DNA of 32,000 bases from Microcystis aeruginosa NIES-843. Its GTDB lineage: Bacteria; Cyanobacteriota; Cyanobacteriia; Cyanobacteriales; Microcystaceae. Location: the NCBI RefSeq assembly GCF_000010625.1, contig NC_010296.1, positions 4,710,001 through 4,742,000 of the forward strand. The letters are read 5' to 3'. The stretch's first letter is position 1. The number at the start of each line of letters is the position of its first letter. The notes under the pieces were generated by a model. It ran no database searches and was not told the DNA's origin. It saw only the letters and a list, made by a program, of their open reading frames with translations. The position numbers were made by a program, and so were the translations under genes. Positions 8,328 to 16,796 of this stretch are shown here, one piece after another.

Positions 8328-9293
8328 TTAAGACTTTTGGGCGGTGGATAGCTTGGCTAATGCCAAGAAAGTGCATTCCCAGACTAAACGGGGTTGAACG
8401 TAGGCTAACAGCTGCCGGCGGGTTTTTTCCAAGATTTCTAAAATCGATCGCTCTCGTCGTCGTTGCCAATCCTCATACTGAAGATAACTCACATACCATA
8501 ATTGGGTTTCCGTGTCAAGAGTTTGAGCAATAATTTTGGCTAATTCCAGTGCTTGGGAGAGTTTTAGGGGAAATTTGCTCAAAGATCGCGGTAAATCTTG
8601 GGGGAGACTGTCGAGAAATTCTAAAGCGGCGATCGCTTCTCCGGGGCTACCTTGGGCTAAACCGAGAATTGCCGGATAATTGAGAACGCGAGCGTGTCCG
8701 TTAGAGCGCAAGACTTGAGCGAGATTTTCTTCCGAAAGACGCTGAAAAGGGATATGTTGACAGCGAGAAACGAGAGTGGGTAGTAAAGAGGAAGGACTGG
8801 GAGCAATCAGGATTAAAGTGGCTTTTCCCGGTTCCTCAAGCGTTTTTAAGAGGGCATTTGCTGCTGATTCCGTCATGGTGTCTGCTTGCTCGATCACTAC
8901 CACAGAGCGGGACGATTCCAGGGGAGGACGACTTAAAAAGTTAGTAATCTCGCGAATTTGCTCGATGCGGATTTGCGGGGGGGCTTTACGCTTGAGATTG
9001 CTTTCCTGTGCTTCTTTTGCGGTGAGCAGTTTGCCTTGGTGTTGATAAGTGGGTTCAATCCAGAGTAAATCGGGATGATTGCCCCCGAGAAAGCGTTTCA
9101 GGATTAATTCCCTTGTTTCCGGAGATCGATCTCTAGTTAACAAGTCTTGACAGAAACATTTTGCTGCTAGATTGCGTCCAATCCCCTTAGCGCCGGCGAA
9201 TAAGTAAGCGGGAGCGATCGAATTGATTTCAAGCGCTCTTTGTAGTAGTTCAATGGCCTGATTTTGACCGATTAACCGTGACCAATCTATCAT
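8328..9293 (-). CDS. holB: DNA polymerase III subunit delta prime
   Basis: The N-terminus MIDWSRLIGQNQAIELLQRAL...APAYLFAGAKGIGR is an AAA+ clamp-loader P-loop variant, followed by VVIEQADTM and SRCQ (sensor). The internal ATG at 9293 is preferred over the track start at 9350. Confidence 0.85.
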   Translation of the reverse strand: MIDWSRLIGQNQAIELLQRALEINSIAPAYLFAGAKGIGRNLAAKCFCQDLLTRDRSPETRELILKRFLGGNHPDLLWIEPTYQHQGKLLTAKEAQESNLKRKAPPQIRIEQIREITNFLSRPPLESSRSVVVIEQADTMTESAANALLKTLEEPGKATLILIAPSPSSLLPTLVSRCQHIPFQRLSEENLAQVLRSNGHARVLNYPAILGLAQGSPGEAIAALEFLDSLPQDLPRSLSKFPLKLSQALELAKIIAQTLDTETQLWYVSYLQYEDWQRRRERSILEILEKTRRQLLAYVQPRLVWECTFLALAKLSTAQKS

Positions 9294-9305
9294 CTTTTCC
9301 CTGCC

Positions 9306-9647
9306 ATGGCTCGCTATTCCTGTTCTTATTTTGTCGGAATTTCTCCCCATCAGACCGGGCTTTTATACGATGATATCCTAAGTTTGGGTGAATTTGAAAT
9401 CATCAAGCGCCGGCCCGATGTGTTACTTTTATCGGAGGTTCCTAACGATGCGCTCTTTCCCCAGTTAGTGAAAGTGGAATTATTTATTCATCCTCCCACT
9501 AGCTCGGAACTTCAGATCGATTTATTGGTAAAAAATCATGAATTGCCCCTGAGAACTAATAATCGTTGTCGGCAATTTTTCCAATCTATTCACCAGATTA
9601 TTACCAAAAATTATCAAGGCCAATCCCTGACCAGAATTACTGCTTAA
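9306..9647 (+). CDS. Hypothetical protein, divergent from holB
   Basis: 113-aa ORF with no motif I recognise. Its codon usage and GC look like the neighbouring core genes. Confidence 0.45.
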   Translation: MARYSCSYFVGISPHQTGLLYDDILSLGEFEIIKRRPDVLLLSEVPNDALFPQLVKVELFIHPPTSSELQIDLLVKNHELPLRTNNRCRQFFQSIHQIITKNYQGQSLTRITA

Positions 9648-9846
9648 CCCGATTTGTTCCTGTCTCCGTCAACTGACAAAGACGGGGACAAAATACCATC
9701 TTGGCTCTCTTGGGTAACGAACCACAAAGACACAGAGGACACAGAGATTGATCGCTCCTGTATCAGTGAAACTTATCACACAAAGAATAAGAGAGCCGCT
9801 CTTTTTGGTGCTTGATAGATTTATCGAGAAAAAATCGGTAATTGCT

Positions 9847-12177
9847 TTAGTTTTTGCCTTCCTGCGTCGATTTGAGCGGAGGAAATTGACGACGTAAAAG
9901 CAGGGAATTACTCACTACCATAACCGAACTAAAAGCCATTAAAGCTGCTGCTAAGGCCGGACTGAAAGCTAGACCCCAACGGGGCAGTAATAAACCACCG
10001 GCAATGGGAATAGCAAAGGTATTATAACCCAAAGCCCAAAAAAGATTTTGTCGGATTTTTTGCCATGTGGCCAGACTTAAATGCAGAGATTGCACCACAT
10101 CCTCCAGGCGATCGCTAATTAAAACGATCCCAGCCGTTTCCATGGCCACTTCTGTGCCACCGGCCAGAGCAATACCGATGTTAGCCTGTCCTAGTGCGGG
10201 AGCATCATTGATACCATCCCCGACCATAGCCACGATTTTGCCCTCTTTTGTCTGTAGGTCGGCAATTAAGGCGGATTTTTCGGTGGGGGCAACTTCGGCA
10301 TAAAATTGGCTAATACCCAAACTATTAGCGATCGCTGTCACCACTTCTTGGCGATCACCACTGAGTAAAATCACCTCTAAACCGAGTTTTTGCAACTGAT
10401 TCACGGTTGTTTGAGCATCGGGACGTAATCGATCCTGAAAAGCGATCGCACCGAGTAATTGTTCTTCCATCCCCAGATAAATCACCGTTTTACCCGCTTG
10501 TAAAAGCTCTTGAATCCCCCAGATAGTTTCATCGATTTTAATGCCGTTTTGCGCCAACCATTGCCGATTTCCCAGAACAATTTTCGACCCCTGCACCCTT
10601 GCCGAAACTCCCAATCCGGCGACAGTTTGAAAATCTTCCCCCGTCAGGTTAGTAGGGGGAGTAACCGCGTCTAAAATCGCCCGAGCGAGGGGATGATTAG
10701 TACCACTCTCCACTACTGCCGCTAATTGTTGAATTTCCAGGGAATTAAGGATAGAAAAACTCAAACAATCGGTAATTTCTGGATGACCTTGGCTGAGGGT
10801 TCCCGTTTTGTCAAAAACCACCGTTTGCAGTTGCGAGACGGTTTCCAAAACATCGCCCCCTTTAATTAAAATACCCCGTTCGGCTGCTAAACTGGTTCCC
10901 ACCAGTAGGGCCGTCGGTGTGGCTAAACCGAGAGCGCAGGGACAAGCGACCACAAGCACGGAAATCGCTAATTTTAGGGACAAAAGTAGGGGAGAAGTGG
11001 GTTGAATCATCTCGTGGTGTCCTGTGGTTGACCCTAACACCTCTGGAAAGAGCCTAGTTCCCCAAAAATACCAAAAGAGCAGCACAATTAGGGCAATTAT
11101 CATGACTCCGTAGGCAAAATAACCCGCTACCCGGTCCGCTATCTTCTGTACCGGGGCCTTGCGAGTTTGGGCTGATTCCACGGCTGCGATAATCTTAGCT
11201 AGGGTGGTATCGGTCCCCACCTGACGAGTTTGCACAGCGATCGCACCAGAGAGATTAAAACTGCCAGCAATGACTAGATCTCCCATTTCCTTGACCACCG
11301 GCAGCGATTCCCCCGTTAACAAAGCTTCATCTACCGTGGTTCTTCCCTGAATAATCTCCCCATCCACGGGAATTTTTTCCCCGGGTAAGACGCGCACCCA
11401 TTCCCCGACGCGCAGCTGTTCCACCGGAATCGCCACACCCACACGGTCATCTGTACTACCAATCAGGTGAGCCACTGCCGGTTGTAGGGAAGTAAGCGCT
11501 TCTAAGTCTGCGGCTGCGCGATGACGGGAATGCGCTTCTAGAGTCCGTCCGAGGAGAATAAAACCTAACAGCATGACTGGTTCATCAAAAAAGCACTCTA
11601 GACCGAGATTAGGGAAGATAAGAGCCAAACAACTGGCTATATAGGCGCTACCTGTGCCTAAACTAACGAGAGTGTTCATATTTGGCATCCCGTGCCGTAA
11701 TCCCCGCCAACCATCGATGAAAATATCGCGGCCGGGGAATAAAATGGCTAGGGTGGCTAAAATCCAGTGAAAAGCAATACTTTGAAAGATGGGGATTTCT
11801 GGTCCCCCGATGTGGTGTAAGTGACCAATCAGGGAAAAAACCAGTAAACAACAAGCGATCGCTAATCGGTATAATTGTTGTTGCCGTTCTTTTTGTTGGT
11901 TTTGCAGCCGTTGATTTTGTTGAGAAAGGGGAGTCGATGAGCTGCGCGGTTGGGTGGGGAATCCGATTGCGGTTAATTTTGCGGCTAATTGCTCTGGTGC
12001 GATCGCATCTGGTTGGTATTCAATCACGGCAATTTCCGTGATTAGATTAACTTGGGCCGATTTTACCCCTTGATTTTGGCTGAGTTGTCGTTCCACGGCA
12101 CTCACACAGCCAGCGCATTTCATGCCTTTTACGTCTAGAGTAGCGGTTTTTAGTCCAGTTTCGGCGGCTAGGATCAT
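9847..12177 (-). CDS. Copper-translocating P1B-type ATPase (CtaA/PacS class)
   Basis: The N-terminal HMA domain has GMKCAGC. Other motifs are TM CPC (ACPCALGLATP), phosphorylation site DKTGTL and hinge GDGINDAP. The ATG at 12177 (MILAAETG...) is preferred over the TTG at 12192. Confidence 0.9.
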   Translation of the reverse strand: MILAAETGLKTATLDVKGMKCAGCVSAVERQLSQNQGVKSAQVNLITEIAVIEYQPDAIAPEQLAAKLTAIGFPTQPRSSSTPLSQQNQRLQNQQKERQQQLYRLAIACCLLVFSLIGHLHHIGGPEIPIFQSIAFHWILATLAILFPGRDIFIDGWRGLRHGMPNMNTLVSLGTGSAYIASCLALIFPNLGLECFFDEPVMLLGFILLGRTLEAHSRHRAAADLEALTSLQPAVAHLIGSTDDRVGVAIPVEQLRVGEWVRVLPGEKIPVDGEIIQGRTTVDEALLTGESLPVVKEMGDLVIAGSFNLSGAIAVQTRQVGTDTTLAKIIAAVESAQTRKAPVQKIADRVAGYFAYGVMIIALIVLLFWYFWGTRLFPEVLGSTTGHHEMIQPTSPLLLSLKLAISVLVVACPCALGLATPTALLVGTSLAAERGILIKGGDVLETVSQLQTVVFDKTGTLSQGHPEITDCLSFSILNSLEIQQLAAVVESGTNHPLARAILDAVTPPTNLTGEDFQTVAGLGVSARVQGSKIVLGNRQWLAQNGIKIDETIWGIQELLQAGKTVIYLGMEEQLLGAIAFQDRLRPDAQTTVNQLQKLGLEVILLSGDRQEVVTAIANSLGISQFYAEVAPTEKSALIADLQTKEGKIVAMVGDGINDAPALGQANIGIALAGGTEVAMETAGIVLISDRLEDVVQSLHLSLATWQKIRQNLFWALGYNTFAIPIAGGLLLPRWGLAFSPALAAALMAFSSVMVVSNSLLLRRQFPPLKSTQEGKN

Positions 12178-12284
12178 AGAAAAAGTAGGCAAGGATGGTC
12201 TTTACTTCTATCCTAGAAATTCTCGACGGATTTTTAAACTATTTTGGCCTGTAGGGTTACAGATAGATGAAATTTCATTACAGA

Positions 12285-12375
12285 TAAGCTAAACGGCTTT
12301 TACTTCGGATCACCGATATAGACTCCAAAAGGGTTATAGCTGTTGGATCATGCAGGTTAAGCGCCGTTTAGCTTA
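12285..12375. mobile_element. 91-bp MITE-like element with 13-bp perfect TIR TAAGCTAAACGGC/GCCGTTTAGCTTA
   Basis: The inverted repeats lie at 12285-12297 and 12363-12375. The TAAGCT terminus is shared with the IS630-family element at 24237-25470. Confidence 0.55.
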
Positions 12376-12401
12376 GCTGAAATTTTAGGTAGCCGATCTG
12401 G

Positions 12402-12760
12402 TAGTGGACTGACACAGCTAAAATAGGGCAATAGATAGGCTCAACTGAGGACATCAATCATGGGAAGATGTAGGCGAGATAAAGTTCATCTGACAGTCGC
12501 ACAACGAGAAAACTTGGGAGCATCTCACCTTTGCAATGAGCATAAATACTTAGTGGAAAAATAGGCTTTTCGAGGGTAATTCTTGTTTTAATTCTCCATG
12601 TACGCAGTCTTTAAAAGCCTCTATTTCGTTCCAAGACACGATTAAGAGTGGCTTTTAGGCTAAGTATAATTACTTATCGCGTAAGTGAGATGCTCCCGAA
12701 AACTTTGAACAAATCAGTGGGGAAGGGTTCATCACAGAGTACGCTAATCGGCATAACACG
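12402..12760 (+). pseudogene. Remnant of the IS630-family left end and transposase N-terminus, interrupted by a MITE and abutting the group II intron
   Basis: gtagtggactgacacagctaaaatagggcaatag...atgggaagatgtaggcgagataaag is clearly homologous to 16797-16925. It encodes MGRCRRDKVHLTVAQRENLEQIS versus MGRGRRDKVNLTGEQRENLEQIS there. Confidence 0.75.
12516..12697. mobile_element. 182-bp MITE with 13-bp perfect TIR (GGGAGCATCTCAC/GTGAGATGCTCCC) and 8-bp target duplication GAAAACTT
   Basis: The TIRs lie at 12516-12528 and 12685-12697. GAAAACTT occurs at 12508-12515 and 12698-12705. Removing the insert plus one duplicate restores colinearity with 16905-16925. Confidence 0.8.
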
Positions 12761-12803
12761 ATTAGGGGTCGAGAAGGTCGTCACCGACCTCCCCTCCCAT
12801 TCA

Positions 12804-12837
12804 GAACCGTGCATGAGACTTTCACCTCACACGGCTC
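12804..12837 (-). ncRNA. Group II intron domain V
   Basis: The minus strand reads GAGCCGTGTGAGGTGAAAGTCTCATGCACGGTTC. This is the 34-nt DV consensus shape (AGC triad, GAAA tetraloop), immediately after the IEP stop codon. Confidence 0.85.
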
Positions 12838-14679
12838 CTAGCTTGATTGTTCCCTTGTTAAGGATACAGCTTGACTTCTTTTGGTTGACCTTGTGTTATC
12901 CTGTTTAACAGATGATGTCAAACTAGATGATTCTAGGCTTCCATCGGTTGCCGATTTATCATCGTGACAGTGGCGGTGTAGTAATTGAAGGTTTTTATAT
13001 TCATCCTTTCCGCCTAGGCTTAACGGGAGAATGTGGTCAACTTCAATTAAATCCGATGGGGTGAAGTATTGTCCACATCGGCTACACTTGCCTTGTTGCT
13101 TTTTGAGTAGTTTGGCTACTCTTGTCGGTGTGTCGATTGCTTGTCCTCGTCTGGTCGCCCAGTAAGTCCAATTTCCGTCATAAGGTGAGGCGTCGGCGCG
13201 TACTAGGGTATGTCTGACAATTGGTGTCCAATTATGTTTCCATAATTGATGACCGTCTTTGGTCTTAAATAACCAAGATTCGTGTCTTTCTTTCCCATTG
13301 CTGAGTTTAACTGTATCCGGTCTAAAATAATTTCTCAGCTTTTCGTAGTTCGCTTTACCGCATCTTGATACTGTCCATGCCCTTAACATTAACCAGGTTG
13401 TATTGTCTAGTTTATTGAAGGTATCCATAGATACTACTCCTGAGTAGTAGTTAGCCCAACCTCTAATGATTGGGTTTAGTCGACTAATCAGGGCTGATTG
13501 AGGTGCTGTTTTGTGTTTTTTGATTACACCTTTAATCGCTTCTGTGTGGGTTTTAACTGCTTTTTGGCTGGGTTTGATGTGGGTTTTGTGACCAATTAAT
13601 CGTTTTGCCCCATCTTTCCCAGATTTGTATTTTCCTACTGGATATTGCCTGATATTGAATCCTAGAAAGTCAAAACCGGGTTCTTCCATTTTCCCATTGT
13701 ATTCAATAGGTTTGAGTGTGTGACACACTCTGGTTTTTTCTGGTTTAAGTTCTAATCCAATAGGCTTTAACCATTCAGAAATGGCAGTTTTGCACTGTTC
13801 AATGATTTCGAGTGATGGTGAAATCACCACAAAATCATCGGCGTACCTTATTAAAACAGCTTGATTTTTACCATTTCCCTTTTTGGGAAATAGTGTTTCA
13901 ATTAATCTTGCCATTCCATCCAGTGCGATGTTGGCTAGTAGTGGACTTATTACCCCTCCTTGTGGTGTCCCTGTTTCTGTTTCTTCAAATACACCGTTAT
14001 CCAAAACTCCTGCTTTGAGCCATTGTTTGATGTCTCTTTTCAGGGAGCTTGGACAATGAATTTTGGACAGTAAAAAGTCGTGATTAATTCGGTCAAAACA
14101 CTTGGCAATATCAGCATCTAATACAAAGTAGCTACTTTGATTAATGGTGATGTATATCCTTGATATAGCGTCATGGTCAGACCTTCCGGGTCGGAAACCA
14201 TAGCTGGTTCCTTCCATTTTTGACTCCCATTCTGGTTCAAGTGCCGATTTAATCAACGCTTGTCTAGCTCTGTCTTTGATGGTTGGTATTCCTAATGGGC
14301 GTTTTTCATCCCTGCCGGGTTTAGGAATCCATACCCTTCTTAGCGGTTTTGCTTTAAGTGTTCCTTTGATTTCTTCGGTTAGATTTAGCCTTTGTTCTGG
14401 GGATATTGCTATCATTCCATCGACTCCTGCTGTTTTCTTTCCTTGATTATCTTGGGTTACTTTGCGAACTGCTAATAAACGAGCATAGTATGATTTCACC
14501 AATAGACGTTGCAACCTTCTAACCTTTGCATCCTGTCCCGATTTAGCCGCTTGGTATATTCTCTTTTGGAGCTTGAAAACATATCTTTGGACTTTTGCCC
14601 AATTGATAGTTTTCCATACATTCGTAGTCTTAGTGGTTTTCGGTTTCCCGAATCCTTTACCTTCTCTCGATTTCGTCAT
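12838..14679 (-). CDS. Group II intron-encoded protein (reverse transcriptase / maturase / HNH endonuclease)
   Basis: 613 aa. RT blocks are RVWIPKPG...RPLGIPTIKDR, TPQGGVISPLLANI and YADDFVV. The maturase X motif is RGWANYY. The C-terminal HNH reads CSRCG...EVDHILPLSLGG...NLQLLHRHCH. Confidence 0.92.
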   Translation of the reverse strand: MTKSREGKGFGKPKTTKTTNVWKTINWAKVQRYVFKLQKRIYQAAKSGQDAKVRRLQRLLVKSYYARLLAVRKVTQDNQGKKTAGVDGMIAISPEQRLNLTEEIKGTLKAKPLRRVWIPKPGRDEKRPLGIPTIKDRARQALIKSALEPEWESKMEGTSYGFRPGRSDHDAISRIYITINQSSYFVLDADIAKCFDRINHDFLLSKIHCPSSLKRDIKQWLKAGVLDNGVFEETETGTPQGGVISPLLANIALDGMARLIETLFPKKGNGKNQAVLIRYADDFVVISPSLEIIEQCKTAISEWLKPIGLELKPEKTRVCHTLKPIEYNGKMEEPGFDFLGFNIRQYPVGKYKSGKDGAKRLIGHKTHIKPSQKAVKTHTEAIKGVIKKHKTAPQSALISRLNPIIRGWANYYSGVVSMDTFNKLDNTTWLMLRAWTVSRCGKANYEKLRNYFRPDTVKLSNGKERHESWLFKTKDGHQLWKHNWTPIVRHTLVRADASPYDGNWTYWATRRGQAIDTPTRVAKLLKKQQGKCSRCGQYFTPSDLIEVDHILPLSLGGKDEYKNLQLLHRHCHDDKSATDGSLESSSLTSSVKQDNTRSTKRSQAVSLTREQSS

Positions 14680-15373
14680 ATAGACTCCTACTAGACTCTA
14701 TCCTTACAATCAAACCGTAACCCGTCAGCATATCCTGATTATTACTGTCAGGCGTTGGCTTTTGGTTACATCTCACACCCTTGAAGGCTTGCGTTTACAC
14801 TTATCACTACTGAGTATTTCGACCGATACTCAGAGCCTAAAAGGGCTTATAACGTTCCGTTTATGTGGGCATTCCATCTTTAGATTTGTCCTCTCCACCG
14901 GGGTATTTTAAAGGTCTGTGTAAGTGATGATATGAGTACCTTACTGTTTCCCCTTGTTCTTTTGAACGCAGTGTGTCAACCTATTTCACTACTGCAATAT
15001 TTACGATGGTTCAAGTCGGACATTCGGTTCACACCTAATCATGGATGGTTGGCAGTGGTCTCGGTTTGGATGTTAGGTTACATCTAGGAGCCTTCCGTTC
15101 CCCGCTTCAGTCCCAGAGTTGTGATTTCTGAATCTGGGGGTGGCTATCGCCGTTACTCTCACCTTTGTAGCGATTGTAAATAATTGTTACAAAGTGTTTT
15201 GACCTTGAGTCCCCTTGCCTAGTTTGGTATCTGACGATACTAAACGTCGGGACATATAAACAGTTATAAGGTTGGTCTGGGTTGACCTCTTAGATTCAGT
15301 CGGGGGACTGAAGACCTTACTAGGCGGTTATTTCGGGCATTTCAGCCCTATTTCATGCCTAAACGTTTCGCAC

Positions 15374-15500
15374 CTTATCGTAATATTATACGGAAAACTT
15401 CTTGCGATCGCTCCATTTGAGCGTAATATACGGAAAGATTCTTAAAAAAATGCGTATTTAGCGTCACATACGGAAACTTTCCGTATATTATATAGTCGGG
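15374..15500 (+). repeat. Module A: ~130-bp repeat with three ATACGGAAA boxes at 40-bp phasing plus an inverted fourth box
   Basis: The boxes lie at 15388-15396, 15428-15436 and 15468-15476. The palindrome atacggaaa-c-tttccgtat spans 15468-15486. Together with 12753-12760 it is paralogous to 18897-19032, roughly four-fifths identical by manual alignment. Confidence 0.85.
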
Positions 15501-15572
15501 CTGCTTTAGGTTTTGGTAACGGCAGCATATTTAGCTTAGTCAAATTAAAAAGAATGAAGACATTAGTGGAAT

Positions 15573-16658
15573 ATGAAAATTTACGCTATATCACTCGTAG
15601 GTAATGTCTATTGGAGGATTCACCCCAATGATCCATTAATACTAAATCTTAAGTCCTTGCCTGGATGGTTTTTTATCAATCCCTTAACCTACTCAGAAGT
15701 AGAATTAGCCTCTAAAAGTTTTAGTTTCAAAAAGGTTGGAGTTGTTAATGGCACGATCATTGTTTTGACAGGAGGTTTTATATTAGGAACCTCGCTTGGG
15801 GAGTTTGACCCTACTTCTATTCCATTTCCTATAGAAGAAGAAGAGGCAAAGATTTTTCGGATTGATTCAGGAGGAAAAGTAAGTTCTGACTATAACCCAC
15901 TTCCCACTTATGTAGAACGCTTCTCTTCAAGCCTGCGTCAAATGAGTAAGCAGGTTACAATCCCTAAAAGTTTTTCCTGTATTTCCGAACGTGAACTCCT
16001 TGAGCTACCTGAATTAAATTTTACGGCTGCCAAAAAAACAGTGTTGGGTATACAAAGATACATAGTAGACACGGCGGTTACATGGGAAAATTTAAAGGAT
16101 GCAGATTTAGATTTTTTGGCTTCAAAGAGCTTTGTATATGAAAGACTGTTACTCGACTCAATCCATGCTTACAAAGACAAAGATTATAGAAGATCTCTGC
16201 TGTATACAGCTATTTCTGTCGAAACATTAGCTGCGACAAAATCAGATGAAGCATATGAACTTATTACTCAAAATGGAGATGCTGATAATGTTTTAAGATT
16301 AGTTCCTTTTTCTCAAAAAGGAGGAACTTTAATTACTAAAGATCCTGTTTATGAATTGCTACGTAGTAGAAGCAAGTTTCTAGAGCTTCTTCATGAGATA
16401 CCCTTATATATTTTTGGAAAATCTTTACTGGTTGATAATGAGGCTTTATACCAAAAAGCTACCAGGCTTTATAAAACTCGAAACAAGATAGCGCATTTAG
16501 GCCAACCTCATGCTGGAAATCAAACAACATTTGCACTGACCGAAGAAGATGCTTTAGAGGCTATAGAATGTGCAATGAATATCTTTCAATGGTTTGAGGT
16601 ATCAACACATTTTCCTATTCCTAAGTTATCCTTCATTAAAGGAGATTCACCTTCATAA
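15573..16658 (+). CDS. Hypothetical protein with a C-terminal HEPN-like domain (RNxxxH motif), candidate RNase/abortive-infection-type effector
   Basis: 361 aa and AT-rich. The C-terminal helical region has YKTRNKIAHLG (R303...H308, nt 16479-16496), flanked by the helices DYRRSLLYTAISVETLAA and ALEAIECAMNIFQWF. I did not recognise the N-terminal ~190 aa. Confidence 0.55.
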   Translation: MKIYAISLVGNVYWRIHPNDPLILNLKSLPGWFFINPLTYSEVELASKSFSFKKVGVVNGTIIVLTGGFILGTSLGEFDPTSIPFPIEEEEAKIFRIDSGGKVSSDYNPLPTYVERFSSSLRQMSKQVTIPKSFSCISERELLELPELNFTAAKKTVLGIQRYIVDTAVTWENLKDADLDFLASKSFVYERLLLDSIHAYKDKDYRRSLLYTAISVETLAATKSDEAYELITQNGDADNVLRLVPFSQKGGTLITKDPVYELLRSRSKFLELLHEIPLYIFGKSLLVDNEALYQKATRLYKTRNKIAHLGQPHAGNQTTFALTEEDALEAIECAMNIFQWFEVSTHFPIPKLSFIKGDSPS

Positions 16659-16672
16659 TTTATAAAGTTTTA

Positions 16673-16717
16673 GTGCGATCGCCGATCTCGTAGGGTGCGT
16701 TAACGAAGTGAACGCAC
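16673..16717 (+). repeat. Hairpin repeat (a): GTGCGATCGCCGATCTnGTAGGGTGCGTTAA...AACGCAC
   Basis: It is nearly identical to 22203-22249 and 22609-22655. The stem is gtgcgtt/aacgcac. It lies 14 nt after the HEPN-like gene stop. Confidence 0.8.
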
Positions 16718-16796
16718 TAATTCCCTCGCAAACCCTCAAAATAAAGCTCAAATGCGATAGAATGAGGGACAAATAAAATTCAGTCAAGAGATATTG

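Larger units (their letters stand above)
12761..15373 (-). mobile_element. Group II intron (2613 nt) with an intact RT-maturase-HNH ORF
   Basis: On the minus strand it starts GTGCGAAACG and ends CCCCTAAT. Domain V lies at 12804-12837, followed by a domain VI-like hairpin. The borders are fixed by comparison with the uninterrupted paralogous site at 18897-18910. Confidence 0.9.

Noticed and set aside
8032-8469. ORFs 8032-8235(-) and 8287-8469(-).
   Set aside because: The first is an off-frame reading of the acidic lipoprotein gene and repeat array (Lys/Thr/Met repeats from the triplet tract). The second overlaps the holB 3' end out of frame.
12838-14679. Reverse transcriptase as part of a retron, DGR or Abi-type defence RT.
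   Set aside because: The ORF has maturase X and HNH domains. It is embedded in RNA with a 5' GTGCG, a consensus domain V and a domain VI. The precise empty site at 18897-18911 shows it is a group II intron.
15374-15500. ATACGGAAA box array as a Tn7-like/CAST transposon end, or the hairpin repeats as integron attC sites.
   Set aside because: No tnsB/tnsC/tniQ, cas or intI genes are present in the window. The two modules are in direct rather than inverted orientation, and there is no TGT terminal motif or attC R/L core. I kept it only as an unexplained repeat in the findings.
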